IMG/VR virus record: IMGVR_UViG_3300028886_000028 | Coordinates: 64,001-128,000 of that record | Length of the DNA: 64,000 nt | Source of the DNA: a virus | Lineage: Duplodnaviria; Caudoviricetes | Direction: 5' to 3' (one strand) | Shown here: positions 50,848 through 59,719 of the stretch, piece by piece | How positions within the stretch are numbered: the stretch's first letter is position 1 | Layout: the number at the start of each line of letters is the position of its first letter | Made by a program: the position numbers and the translations under genes | Notes under the pieces: model-generated | The model's database searches: none | Told to the model about the DNA's origin: nothing | Seen by the model: the letters and a program-made list of their open reading frames with translations, nothing else

Positions 50848-51453
50848 ATGAGTAAATTGTATTTCTATTTTGGGGTAATGAATTCATCAAAATCTTTAAG
50901 ATTGTTAGCCACAGCACACGATTTTGATGAAAAAAATATACCTATATTAGTATTAAAACCATCTGCCGATACAAGAGACGGGAAAAATATAATTAAGTCA
51001 AGGGCAGGGCTAGAAAGAGAATGCGTTTCAATAGATGCAGATGTCAACATATTTGATATTGTTAACGATTATAAAAAAATAGCAATGGCAACTCAAGCTA
51101 GGGGAATAAAATGGATTCTTATAGATGAATGCCAATTCTTAACAGAAGAACAAGTTGACCAATTAACAGATATTGTAGATTATCTAGACATCAATGTAAT
51201 ATGTTATGGTTTGAGAACTGATTTTAAATCGAAATTATTTCCGGCTTCAAAAAGACTTTTTGAATTAGCAGATGATATTGAAGAAATAAAGACTACATGC
51301 GATTGCGGAGAGAAAGCATCCATAAACGCTAGATTTAGTAAAGATGGTAAAATAATAACTGAAGGCAGTCAAATTTTAGTTGGAGGCGATGATTTATATC
51401 ACGCGATATGTAGAAAAGATTGGAAAAATCTAATAAGAGAAATTGTAAAATAA
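50848..51453 (+). CDS. tdk: Thymidine kinase
   Basis: G.MNSSKS, KP..DTR, IDECQF, YGLRTDF, CDCG, Y.A.CR. Confidence 0.95.
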   Translation: MSKLYFYFGVMNSSKSLRLLATAHDFDEKNIPILVLKPSADTRDGKNIIKSRAGLERECVSIDADVNIFDIVNDYKKIAMATQARGIKWILIDECQFLTEEQVDQLTDIVDYLDINVICYGLRTDFKSKLFPASKRLFELADDIEEIKTTCDCGEKASINARFSKDGKIITEGSQILVGGDDLYHAICRKDWKNLIREIVK

Positions 51454-51460
51454 AAATGTT

Positions 51461-52663
51461 ATGAAACAAGCAATAAGGAAAAAGGTTTTTACAAAACCAA
51501 GTATTGATGAATTAAAATCTGAAATGGGCTTTGAAACTAAAGCGTCAGATGAACCCATTAAGAAAAGCGAACTTAAAATGTCTAGTGCTGAGAAAGAAAC
51601 AGAATTTATAATCTTGCCTAAAGCATTTGAAAACGCACTAAAATTACCAGGAATACCTAAAGGCTACCTTACTATAGCAACAGGATGGTCTAATACCGGC
51701 AAATCTACTATTAAAAATTGTTTAATTGCTGCTTGTCAAAGAGAAGGCATTGTTCCTGTTATTTTTGAAACAGAAGGAAATTTTGATTGGAAATATGCAA
51801 TAGATTGTGGAGTAGAGGCTGAACCTATATATGGAAATGTGTTGGATGAAGAAACCGGAGAAATAACCGAACAAATTATTAATTATAAAGGCTTCTTTTA
51901 CTTTTTAGACAATAAAGCTTTAGCCGAAAAATATGGAAAAATGGATTATTCAGCAGGCAAAGAGGGTTCTAAACAAAGAAAAGAGGCTGTTTTGGAAGAT
52001 ATAGCATATTGTATAAATGATTTTCTAGATAGGCAAGAAGATGGTAGATTTCCATATCCATTATGCTTCATATGGGATAGTATAGGTTCAATTCAATCAT
52101 TTAAGTCTTACACTAGCAAAAGCGGTAATAATATGTTTGATGCAGGTGCAATTTCACAAGCATTCAATAACATTATAAATAATAGGATTCCTTCTTCAAG
52201 GAAGGTAAGTGAACCTTATACTAATACGTTTTTTTGCATTAATAAAATTTGGAATGATTCTATGAATGGAATGCCTGGAGTTCCTTCTATTGAATTAAAA
52301 GGAGGAAAAACTATGTATTATGGCGCAAGATTAATAATGCATTTAGGAGGCGTTGCAAAAGCAGCAACAAAGGTTTTAAAGGCTACGGCAAAAGGAGAAA
52401 ATTTCAATTATGGAATTGTGACTAAAATTAAGGTAACTAAAAACCAACTTCCGACTCCTTACAATGTTACCTATGAAGGTACTATGTGCTGTGTACATAA
52501 TGGAATTATTTCAGAAACTGATATTGATACTTATAAAAAAGAAAACATTAAGTTAATTCTTGAAAATTTAGAAAAACAAAGGAATAAAGAAGATAAAACA
52601 ATAGTAACAGAAATAACAGAAGCAGATTTACAATATTCTGAGGAAGAAACATTAGATGAATAA
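51461..52663 (+). CDS. RecA/UvsX-like recombinase
   Basis: PGIPKG, Walker A GWSNTGKST, FETE, WDSIG, INKIW, GGK...Y, K.TKN. Confidence 0.85.
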   Translation: MKQAIRKKVFTKPSIDELKSEMGFETKASDEPIKKSELKMSSAEKETEFIILPKAFENALKLPGIPKGYLTIATGWSNTGKSTIKNCLIAACQREGIVPVIFETEGNFDWKYAIDCGVEAEPIYGNVLDEETGEITEQIINYKGFFYFLDNKALAEKYGKMDYSAGKEGSKQRKEAVLEDIAYCINDFLDRQEDGRFPYPLCFIWDSIGSIQSFKSYTSKSGNNMFDAGAISQAFNNIINNRIPSSRKVSEPYTNTFFCINKIWNDSMNGMPGVPSIELKGGKTMYYGARLIMHLGGVAKAATKVLKATAKGENFNYGIVTKIKVTKNQLPTPYNVTYEGTMCCVHNGIISETDIDTYKKENIKLILENLEKQRNKEDKTIVTEITEADLQYSEEETLDE

Positions 52664-52688
52664 AATGGGCGGTTAATACCGCCCATTT
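52663..52688. terminator. Bidirectional terminator
   Basis: AAATGGGCGGT-TAAT-ACCGCCCATTT between convergent genes. Confidence 0.85.
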
Positions 52689-52718
52689 ACATTGAATATA
52701 AAGTTAATTCAGTGGTTT

Positions 52719-54269
52719 TTATTTTTTTTTTAAATATTTTGAATTAGCCCCTATGTTGCATAGCTTTGTTTTATTTTCTATTTTTTCTTTGCTTAATATT
52801 CTTGACCTGAGCTTTTCTATTTTTTCTCTGTGTTTATTTTCAATATTTATAATTTCATTGTTAACAGAGTTTTGCATATTTTTTTTCGTATGCTTAGTTT
52901 TCCATAAAAACCATTTAGAATTAAACAATTTCTTATCCAAATATTTTACCTTAATATCAGGTAATTTCCAAGAAACATAATTAAATGACAATTGGTCTCT
53001 GTGAGAGCCATTTTTAATTTCTTCCCACCATTTTTCCATTAATTTTATGCAGTCTTCATTGTTGTGCTTTCTAAGCAAAATGCCACTTTGAAGTAACCCA
53101 TTTTTTTTGGGAAATTTTTCTTCTTTATAACGATTTATTTGTTTTTCAGTATTTTCTTTTGTGTCTTTTTTTAAAGATATTACTGCTCTTTCTTCGTCAT
53201 AAATGCATTTTCTAGATGGATGCTCAGGAACAAAAACAGAGCAACCAATTTCGTCATTTTGTTCAATAAAATCGTTTAAATCATTTTTAATCTCTATATT
53301 ACCATCTACCCATATTGAAATATCGTAATCACTAAGTAATAAATGAGGGAGGGTTTTTACAAATCTTTGTTTTTTAACTTGTGATAGCTCATCAGTTTCA
53401 TTTGGTAATGGCTTTATTTCCCACACATCACTTTCTATTGCTAAATCATCAGTAAAACAAATGTAATCGAACCCTTCAGTTACGTATTTAGGTTCTGTTA
53501 AAGTATCATATCCTCCAGTTATACAAGTGTATACGACTTTTTTGTTTTTTTCCATAATATTTTTATTGCCATCCCAATATTTTTTATTAATTTTTAACCA
53601 ATCGTTAGGCGTGTAATTATGAACATACCCTTTTTTAACCCAAGACCCGTGTCCATAATGTAAAGCATATTCATTTATTTTAATATCTTTATGACTTAAA
53701 TTTGATGTATTTAAATAAAATGATGCACCAGTATCATATCCATCTCCACCTGGTATACAATTAAGCCCGTGCATTTTTTTTTCATTAAAATACTTTACGT
53801 TTTTTTCATTGCATTTTTCTACATTAATAAAACACAAGTAAGGTAAAACTCTTTTAATTGTAGAATTTGGCTGTGCCTTTATTTCCGCACAGTAAATGTA
53901 GTTATCATCAAATAAATCAGATATGTCTTTTTTTATTAGCACGTCAGAATCAATTAAAAGGAAATTTTGGTTTATAATATCAATACATTTTTGAACTGAT
54001 ACGCAATGTTTTGCGCTACCCCAATTATTAACTTTGCCATTGGAAAATTTTTTCTTTGGGTATTTTTCTAGCCACTTTTCGAAATCAATTATTTGCCCTT
54101 TAGTATTGTCTAAAATAGTAACATTATCAAATTTGGCAGTGAATGGGTATTTGTCGCTATTATCAAATATATAGATAATAGCGTTTTCGACAAATTTATT
54201 TATGCTCATAACCAAATGCTCAGTAAGAACAGGAGTATTGTAATGTATTATAACAATATTTTTTTTCAT
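52719..54269 (-). CDS. Two-domain glycosyltransferase (GT-A/GT2-like plus DUF616/TOD1-MUCI70-like)
   Basis: The N-half is paralogous to the 27329 gene; the C-half has VYTCITGGYD, YICFTD, SIWVDGN, HPSR.CIY.E, RDQLSFNY. Confidence 0.8.
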   Translation of the reverse strand: MKKNIVIIHYNTPVLTEHLVMSINKFVENAIIYIFDNSDKYPFTAKFDNVTILDNTKGQIIDFEKWLEKYPKKKFSNGKVNNWGSAKHCVSVQKCIDIINQNFLLIDSDVLIKKDISDLFDDNYIYCAEIKAQPNSTIKRVLPYLCFINVEKCNEKNVKYFNEKKMHGLNCIPGGDGYDTGASFYLNTSNLSHKDIKINEYALHYGHGSWVKKGYVHNYTPNDWLKINKKYWDGNKNIMEKNKKVVYTCITGGYDTLTEPKYVTEGFDYICFTDDLAIESDVWEIKPLPNETDELSQVKKQRFVKTLPHLLLSDYDISIWVDGNIEIKNDLNDFIEQNDEIGCSVFVPEHPSRKCIYDEERAVISLKKDTKENTEKQINRYKEEKFPKKNGLLQSGILLRKHNNEDCIKLMEKWWEEIKNGSHRDQLSFNYVSWKLPDIKVKYLDKKLFNSKWFLWKTKHTKKNMQNSVNNEIINIENKHREKIEKLRSRILSKEKIENKTKLCNIGANSKYLKKK

Positions 54270-54277
54270 ATGCTTAT

Positions 54278-55027
54278 TTAAAAGTCATCATCGTCAATTC
54301 CAACGAAGTTAGTTATATTATTTGTTTCCTGATTATAAAATAGTTCCGGTTTACAGTTTATTCCCTTTTCTATTTTCTTAGTTTCTTGATTTATTTCATT
54401 CATAAAGAAATTAAGTTGCCTATATTCATCCATAGGCAAAAGCTGTGAATACAAATCTTTATTTGTTTTCATAACATTAGTTATCTTCATTCTAATGTCA
54501 TCATATTTCTTTTTTTCATTTGAGAAAAGAGGATTGAAAAAGAAATCATTCCATATTGCTGGGTTTTGGAACAATTTTAAAACGGTTGTATAAAAACAAT
54601 GGAATTCATCGCCCCCTTCGCCACTATTTAAATCAGAATATTTCCAATCAGGCTTACCATTTAAAGATGATACCCATTTTGGGTCTAATAAAAGAGAATG
54701 TAAAGGCCCATTCAGTCTGTCGCCGACATATGATAAATTCCTTAAGAAGCCTCCAGAACCAAGCATGAAATTTTTAAATTTTGAAATATATATAAAATAT
54801 TCTTGGCAATTTTTATCATAACCGGTTTTTTTCCAATTGTTCCATGCCTCATCAAGTTCGTAATCTTTATATCTGTCTGTGTGAAGATTTTTAATTTTAT
54901 TTATGCTATCTATATACGGCTTATAGTTTATAGAACGTGCGCCATTGCCAAATACTGGGTAATTGGCTTCATTTAGCATTTGTAAAAAAAATACGTCAAG
55001 CTTTTGCTCATTTATTTTAATTTTCAT
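54278..55027 (-). CDS. Hypothetical protein with leader MKIKINEQKL...MLNEA
   Basis: 249 aa; ends in DDDDF. Confidence 0.7.
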   Translation of the reverse strand: MKIKINEQKLDVFFLQMLNEANYPVFGNGARSINYKPYIDSINKIKNLHTDRYKDYELDEAWNNWKKTGYDKNCQEYFIYISKFKNFMLGSGGFLRNLSYVGDRLNGPLHSLLLDPKWVSSLNGKPDWKYSDLNSGEGGDEFHCFYTTVLKLFQNPAIWNDFFFNPLFSNEKKKYDDIRMKITNVMKTNKDLYSQLLPMDEYRQLNFFMNEINQETKKIEKGINCKPELFYNQETNNITNFVGIDDDDF

Positions 55028-55040
55028 GTTGTTTTAATTT

Positions 55041-56075
55041 TTAAAAATCGTCATCTGAATCATCAAAAGAAAATGTCATTAATGAATTTGTATTTTGGTC
55101 AACAAAGGATGCTAAGTCATCCAATTCGCATAAATAAGTTCCATCTTCATAATAAACATAAAATTTTTTATTTTTATCATCAAGATGTAATATCAATCTA
55201 TCCTTACCTAGTGTCACTAAACAATTACCTTTATTGTTGAAAGTTTCAGGGGCCTCATTAAACCAAACAGGACTAATTGGGCCTTCTTCAAATGGTTTGC
55301 CTCTAAAAAGGAAATTACATTTACCGTCTTTAACAATACGTGCAAAATTATTAGTGTAATGGAAAGGCATTTCATCTAATGATTTATATAGTTCGTAATT
55401 TCGTTTTCCTAATTGCCATTTTATATCAACATCATTTTTTGCGTATTTGTCGAATGTTTTACCGCCGCTAAATGGTTGAAATGTTTTACCTCCGTCTGTA
55501 GTTATAGCAACAGGATATACGTTTTTAAAGTCTTCTATTAGGCATACATATCCATCGTTATGGCCAAAGAAAATATAGCCATTTATACAATAATACAAAC
55601 TAGGGTGATTATTTTTTAATGCATGTATTAAGTGCAATGCACATGTTGAAGTATATAAATCTCCTCTTGTATTACATACCTTATCGTAATCAATATATCT
55701 TGAATTTCTTAATTCTTGATACTGTTCAGGCGTGAAAATTTTTCTTAATTGAAAATCAATATTTGTGTTTTTATATACTTTTAACGCAATATCATTATCA
55801 TATATTATGAAGTTTCTAAGACTTTTTACTTTCATTTTAAGCAAGCATCCGCCATATGTTCCATTTGTGTTCTGATAGCCGGCCGCCAATTTATATGTGC
55901 TATACACTCCTGCGCCATACATATTGCCGCCATTAGAATCAGTAAATATCCTTTCAAGTCCCGCTTCCCCTAAACCGTCTAATGATTCTGCTTTTGTTCC
56001 ATGATATACGTAAAATCCATCATGCTCAAAATCTTCGGTTAATATTTTTTTGTATGCTTCGTTAATTAAACTCAT
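55041..56075 (-). CDS. PARP-like ADP-ribosyltransferase, paralog 2
   Basis: YHGT...G...GNMYGAGVYST canonical H-G-T / G.MYG.GVY signature; leader MSLINEAYKKILTED. Confidence 0.7.
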   Translation of the reverse strand: MSLINEAYKKILTEDFEHDGFYVYHGTKAESLDGLGEAGLERIFTDSNGGNMYGAGVYSTYKLAAGYQNTNGTYGGCLLKMKVKSLRNFIIYDNDIALKVYKNTNIDFQLRKIFTPEQYQELRNSRYIDYDKVCNTRGDLYTSTCALHLIHALKNNHPSLYYCINGYIFFGHNDGYVCLIEDFKNVYPVAITTDGGKTFQPFSGGKTFDKYAKNDVDIKWQLGKRNYELYKSLDEMPFHYTNNFARIVKDGKCNFLFRGKPFEEGPISPVWFNEAPETFNNKGNCLVTLGKDRLILHLDDKNKKFYVYYEDGTYLCELDDLASFVDQNTNSLMTFSFDDSDDDF

Positions 56076-57619
56076 TTTAATAACTTGTTAAAATTTCTTA
56101 TAAACGTTTCCTTTACATAATTTAATTCGCCTAATGCTTCTTCCTCTGTGTCCGGCATCATTTTATATTCTTCTACAGACATTCCTAATTTGTCTAACGC
56201 CCAAACAAATAAATCGCTAGCTGTGTCTTCAGCAAGTCCAACCATAATAAAGTATATGTTTTGGAAATCTGAAATAACTGAATTGAACATATTTTTATTA
56301 AAAGACCCGTCTTTCTTTTTAATGATGTTCATATTATTTGCTATTATTTGCTTAGCTTCATCCATAAACATGCCAAACCTCATAAAAATCAATGCTTTTG
56401 TTAAATCCGCATATATTTTTCTTTTATTGGCTGCGTCTCTAATTGCAGTATTCCATCCTGTATAATTTTTACCTCTCAAACGCCTTATTGTTTCAGATTG
56501 GTCAACAAGGTAAGAAATACATTTTGATAAGTTTCCTCCATTTGCAGCATATTTTTCCAATTCAGTATCTCCAACATTTGCTGCGAAATTTGCAATATTT
56601 GATAATATGGTTTTTTCATCAAATTTATTGGAGTCGTCATCAGGCTTTAATACATCAAATCTTGATGCATCATCATCTTTTTTTGCAGCGGCATTAATAT
56701 TGGTGATTGATTTATTATTCACAATTGCATAGAAATCATAATTATCTTGCATTCCCTGTATTAATTGCGTTTCACTTAAATCATAATAAGGGCCATCAAC
56801 ATTAAATTTACCGCCAGTGTTATTATTACTATCTCCATAGTTAATGTCATTCATTCCTTTTTTAACAAGTAATCTTGACATCGCGTTACTGTCATAAGTT
56901 TGTTGGTCAACACCAAACTTATTCATTGCAGCAGACTTACTACCTTTTTGCGTATTTGAAGGTCTAACTGCATAAATAGGCTTTGCCCCTTGAACAGGCT
57001 CTCTGTTAAATATTCTCCATTGTACAGCAGTAGCTAAGAATCTAGGAATGCCTTGATGACCACTTTTTAGCCATTGAGTTAAAATCATTGCATTGTTCAA
57101 TGCAGAGAAACTTATAATTTTTTCATAATCATCAGGGTCAAGTCTTCTAATCGCTCCAATAGAATTCAAATATTGCATAAAGTTTGGGTCATTAAAATTC
57201 TGTTCCAAAGCTTTCAGAATATCGTCAATATAAGCACCCCTATCTATTTGTAGTTTGCTTGATAAATCAGATGTCACAACATTATTTATTGTTTGCTCCA
57301 CTTGTGCTTCAAGATTAGGTAAATCGTTTATATCATAAACATATCCGCCAACTTGTTCAAGCGCAGATAGTATTTTTGAAAAAGCATTTTTACCATAAAT
57401 GAATTTTTTATAATCATCTACTTTAACTGCCCTGACTAGTGAATCTCCATCTACACTTAAACCCTTTGCGACACCTGAACCAGCAACAACGTTTGCTGTT
57501 TTATTATCGCAATTAAAATAGAAAAAAACCGTTGGAGTCAAAATGGCCTTTCCATTAGGGTCAATGCCTGTTTTCGTGTTTGGTGAATATTTCGAACCAA
57601 TTGTTAATAATTTTGCCAT
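56072..57619 (-). CDS. ArdC-N-like ssDNA-binding domain protein, paralog 2
   Basis: FSALNNAMILTQ...FLATAVQWRIFNREPVQGAKPI...YYDLSET; C-terminus F...FN.L.K resembles paralog 1. Confidence 0.55.
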   Translation of the reverse strand: MAKLLTIGSKYSPNTKTGIDPNGKAILTPTVFFYFNCDNKTANVVAGSGVAKGLSVDGDSLVRAVKVDDYKKFIYGKNAFSKILSALEQVGGYVYDINDLPNLEAQVEQTINNVVTSDLSSKLQIDRGAYIDDILKALEQNFNDPNFMQYLNSIGAIRRLDPDDYEKIISFSALNNAMILTQWLKSGHQGIPRFLATAVQWRIFNREPVQGAKPIYAVRPSNTQKGSKSAAMNKFGVDQQTYDSNAMSRLLVKKGMNDINYGDSNNNTGGKFNVDGPYYDLSETQLIQGMQDNYDFYAIVNNKSITNINAAAKKDDDASRFDVLKPDDDSNKFDEKTILSNIANFAANVGDTELEKYAANGGNLSKCISYLVDQSETIRRLRGKNYTGWNTAIRDAANKRKIYADLTKALIFMRFGMFMDEAKQIIANNMNIIKKKDGSFNKNMFNSVISDFQNIYFIMVGLAEDTASDLFVWALDKLGMSVEEYKMMPDTEEEALGELNYVKETFIRNFNKLLK

Positions 57620-57632
57620 ATAATATTTTTAT

Positions 57633-58451
57633 TTAAGGGTGTCTTCTGTTATTATTTTGTCCTGATAATCTTGCAAATCTTGCATCTTGTTTTCCATATC
57701 CTTGTGGCTTTAAAAACGCATATAAAAGAGTGGATTTATCAATTTCAAGACTTACCTTAGCGTTCATTTTAGCACGTCTTCCGAGACCTTGTAAATTACC
57801 AGTTATAGGAGTAAAATCTAGTTTTTTAGCCGCTTCTTTGTCAGGTAATATAATGTGTATGCCGTTATTCATACTTCTATAGGCAAATAATGGTTTAATT
57901 CCTGCTTTTTGTATAATACTCATTGTCATATTTATGTCATTTTGGTCAGCAGAATCAACATCAACAAAACATATAGAACGTTCAGGGCCCTCTAAAACTT
58001 GGTCAAATGACCTACCAGCGGCTATAGCCATAGCAGTTTCTCTATTGCCACGAACCCTTTTTAAATAATTTGATGTATATTTATCAATAACAGCTTTTGA
58101 ACGAGGATTAAGGAAAATGCAAGCTCTTGCCCTTTCTGATGCACATAAATATTTTATTTCTTTTTCAGCAGCATTGAATTCATCAATACTTTTGAAAAAG
58201 TAATTTTTTATGTATTGAGCAGCATTTCTTGGAGAATGTTGACCGGGATTGTCTTTATCTCGTTTCATTAATTGAACAAAATAAATAGTATCACCAGGCT
58301 TGTCAAATTTAAGCATTTCTCTTATATTGTCAAAATTGTCAATCTCAACAGCACCATTTGAAAGCTCAATCCTATCTTCATCCATCATTTCATTAATTGA
58401 TTGCCTTAAAGCATTTTTTATAACAGATTCACTAATTATTACGTTTCTCAT
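57633..58451 (-). CDS. Putative AEP/primase-polymerase-like protein with leader MRNVIISESVIK...SINE
   Basis: FVDVD (motif I-like), RSMNNGIHII (motif II-like), IDK. Confidence 0.5.
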   Translation of the reverse strand: MRNVIISESVIKNALRQSINEMMDEDRIELSNGAVEIDNFDNIREMLKFDKPGDTIYFVQLMKRDKDNPGQHSPRNAAQYIKNYFFKSIDEFNAAEKEIKYLCASERARACIFLNPRSKAVIDKYTSNYLKRVRGNRETAMAIAAGRSFDQVLEGPERSICFVDVDSADQNDINMTMSIIQKAGIKPLFAYRSMNNGIHIILPDKEAAKKLDFTPITGNLQGLGRRAKMNAKVSLEIDKSTLLYAFLKPQGYGKQDARFARLSGQNNNRRHP

Positions 58452-58466
58452 TTATTTTTAATTTTT

Positions 58467-58482
58467 ATATAAATATTTATAT
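58467..58482. promoter_or_regulatory. Palindromic back-to-back late promoter (ATATAAATATTTATAT)
   Basis: Perfect 16-bp palindrome between divergent genes. Confidence 0.6.
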
Positions 58483-58504
58483 GTAATTAATAAATATAAA
58501 AATT

Positions 58505-59671
58505 ATGACAATAACTGATGAAATAAAAGACCTTTTTCGTAAAGTGCGCACAAGCTGTGGAGCTCCTATAAGGCCAGTTCAGTTGGAAGATGAACAATTA
58601 TGCGACCTTCTCGAAATGTGCGTTGGAGATTATGCTTCTTATGTACAAAATTGGGTAATCGAATCTCAATGGCTTAATATGATGGGAAATAATCAATTAT
58701 TAGATAATCCAGCGGATTTGGCTTTTGCATTAAGTACTAGAACTTTAGATTGGAGTCGTTCGTGGAGTGAGTGGTTTTCTAAGGAAGTAGGACTCCAGCA
58801 ACGTGGAACAAAATGGGAATTAAAAAAAGATTTTTTCACTATTGAAAAAGGAAAACAAGTATATGTCATACCAGCAGGTAGGGAAATAAATAGAGTGATG
58901 TATGTGACTCCTTCAACTACAAGGGCTGCTTTGTATGGAAACATTGGAATGTTAGATAGTGGAATTGCTGGAGGATATGGCCAATATGGGACATTTCAAA
59001 ATGGAATGGGTTTAATAGGCTTTTATGTTGGAAGTGCATATGACACAGCACTTATGGCAGCAGATTTAAAATACAAAAATTCTCTTTTACGTGGAGATTT
59101 GGCTTATAAAGTAACGGCAGGTCCTAATGGAACTCATTTAGTTCATTTGTTGTCCACTCCAGGTTCTAAGAATGCACTAGGTGGATTATCAGCAGATGAT
59201 TCATATGGATGGGGTAGATTCATAAATTGTGTTTGTTGGTATACGTACTACGACGTTTCTACCGGTGAAGATGGAAACACAACTGAACAATGTATGCTTG
59301 ACAATAAAGATACTTTATTGATTACTCCTGACCAAGTTCCATTGAGCAAGATGCATTATGAATTGCTTAATTATCCAACGCAACAGATTGTTAGAAGATT
59401 GTTAATAGCGGAAGCTAAGATATTGTTGGGTAATATCAGAGGTTATGCTAGTGGTGTAGTTAAAATACCAGAAGCAGAAATGCAACTTGACTATTCAATG
59501 TTGTTAGACCAAGGTAAGCAAGAAAAAGAGGCTGTACTAAGCGAATTAAAGGAGCGTTTAGATAGAATGCTTCCTTGGAATCAAATGAAGAACCAAGCCG
59601 ATATGAACGAAAGCCTTATGAATGTTCTTAAAATGAAAGCTATGCCTTACAGTGGAATAATGGTAAGATAA
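58505..59671 (+). CDS. Neck protein / head-tail adaptor (T4 gp13-like)
   Basis: GAP...VQLEDEQL, A.AK..LG.IR.....V..P...QLDY..LL..G..E...L. Confidence 0.8.
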   Translation: MTITDEIKDLFRKVRTSCGAPIRPVQLEDEQLCDLLEMCVGDYASYVQNWVIESQWLNMMGNNQLLDNPADLAFALSTRTLDWSRSWSEWFSKEVGLQQRGTKWELKKDFFTIEKGKQVYVIPAGREINRVMYVTPSTTRAALYGNIGMLDSGIAGGYGQYGTFQNGMGLIGFYVGSAYDTALMAADLKYKNSLLRGDLAYKVTAGPNGTHLVHLLSTPGSKNALGGLSADDSYGWGRFINCVCWYTYYDVSTGEDGNTTEQCMLDNKDTLLITPDQVPLSKMHYELLNYPTQQIVRRLLIAEAKILLGNIRGYASGVVKIPEAEMQLDYSMLLDQGKQEKEAVLSELKERLDRMLPWNQMKNQADMNESLMNVLKMKAMPYSGIMVR

Positions 59672-59719
59672 TTTTTCATTTTACTTATATTTATTAAGAA
59701 AATAAATACGTATTATAAT

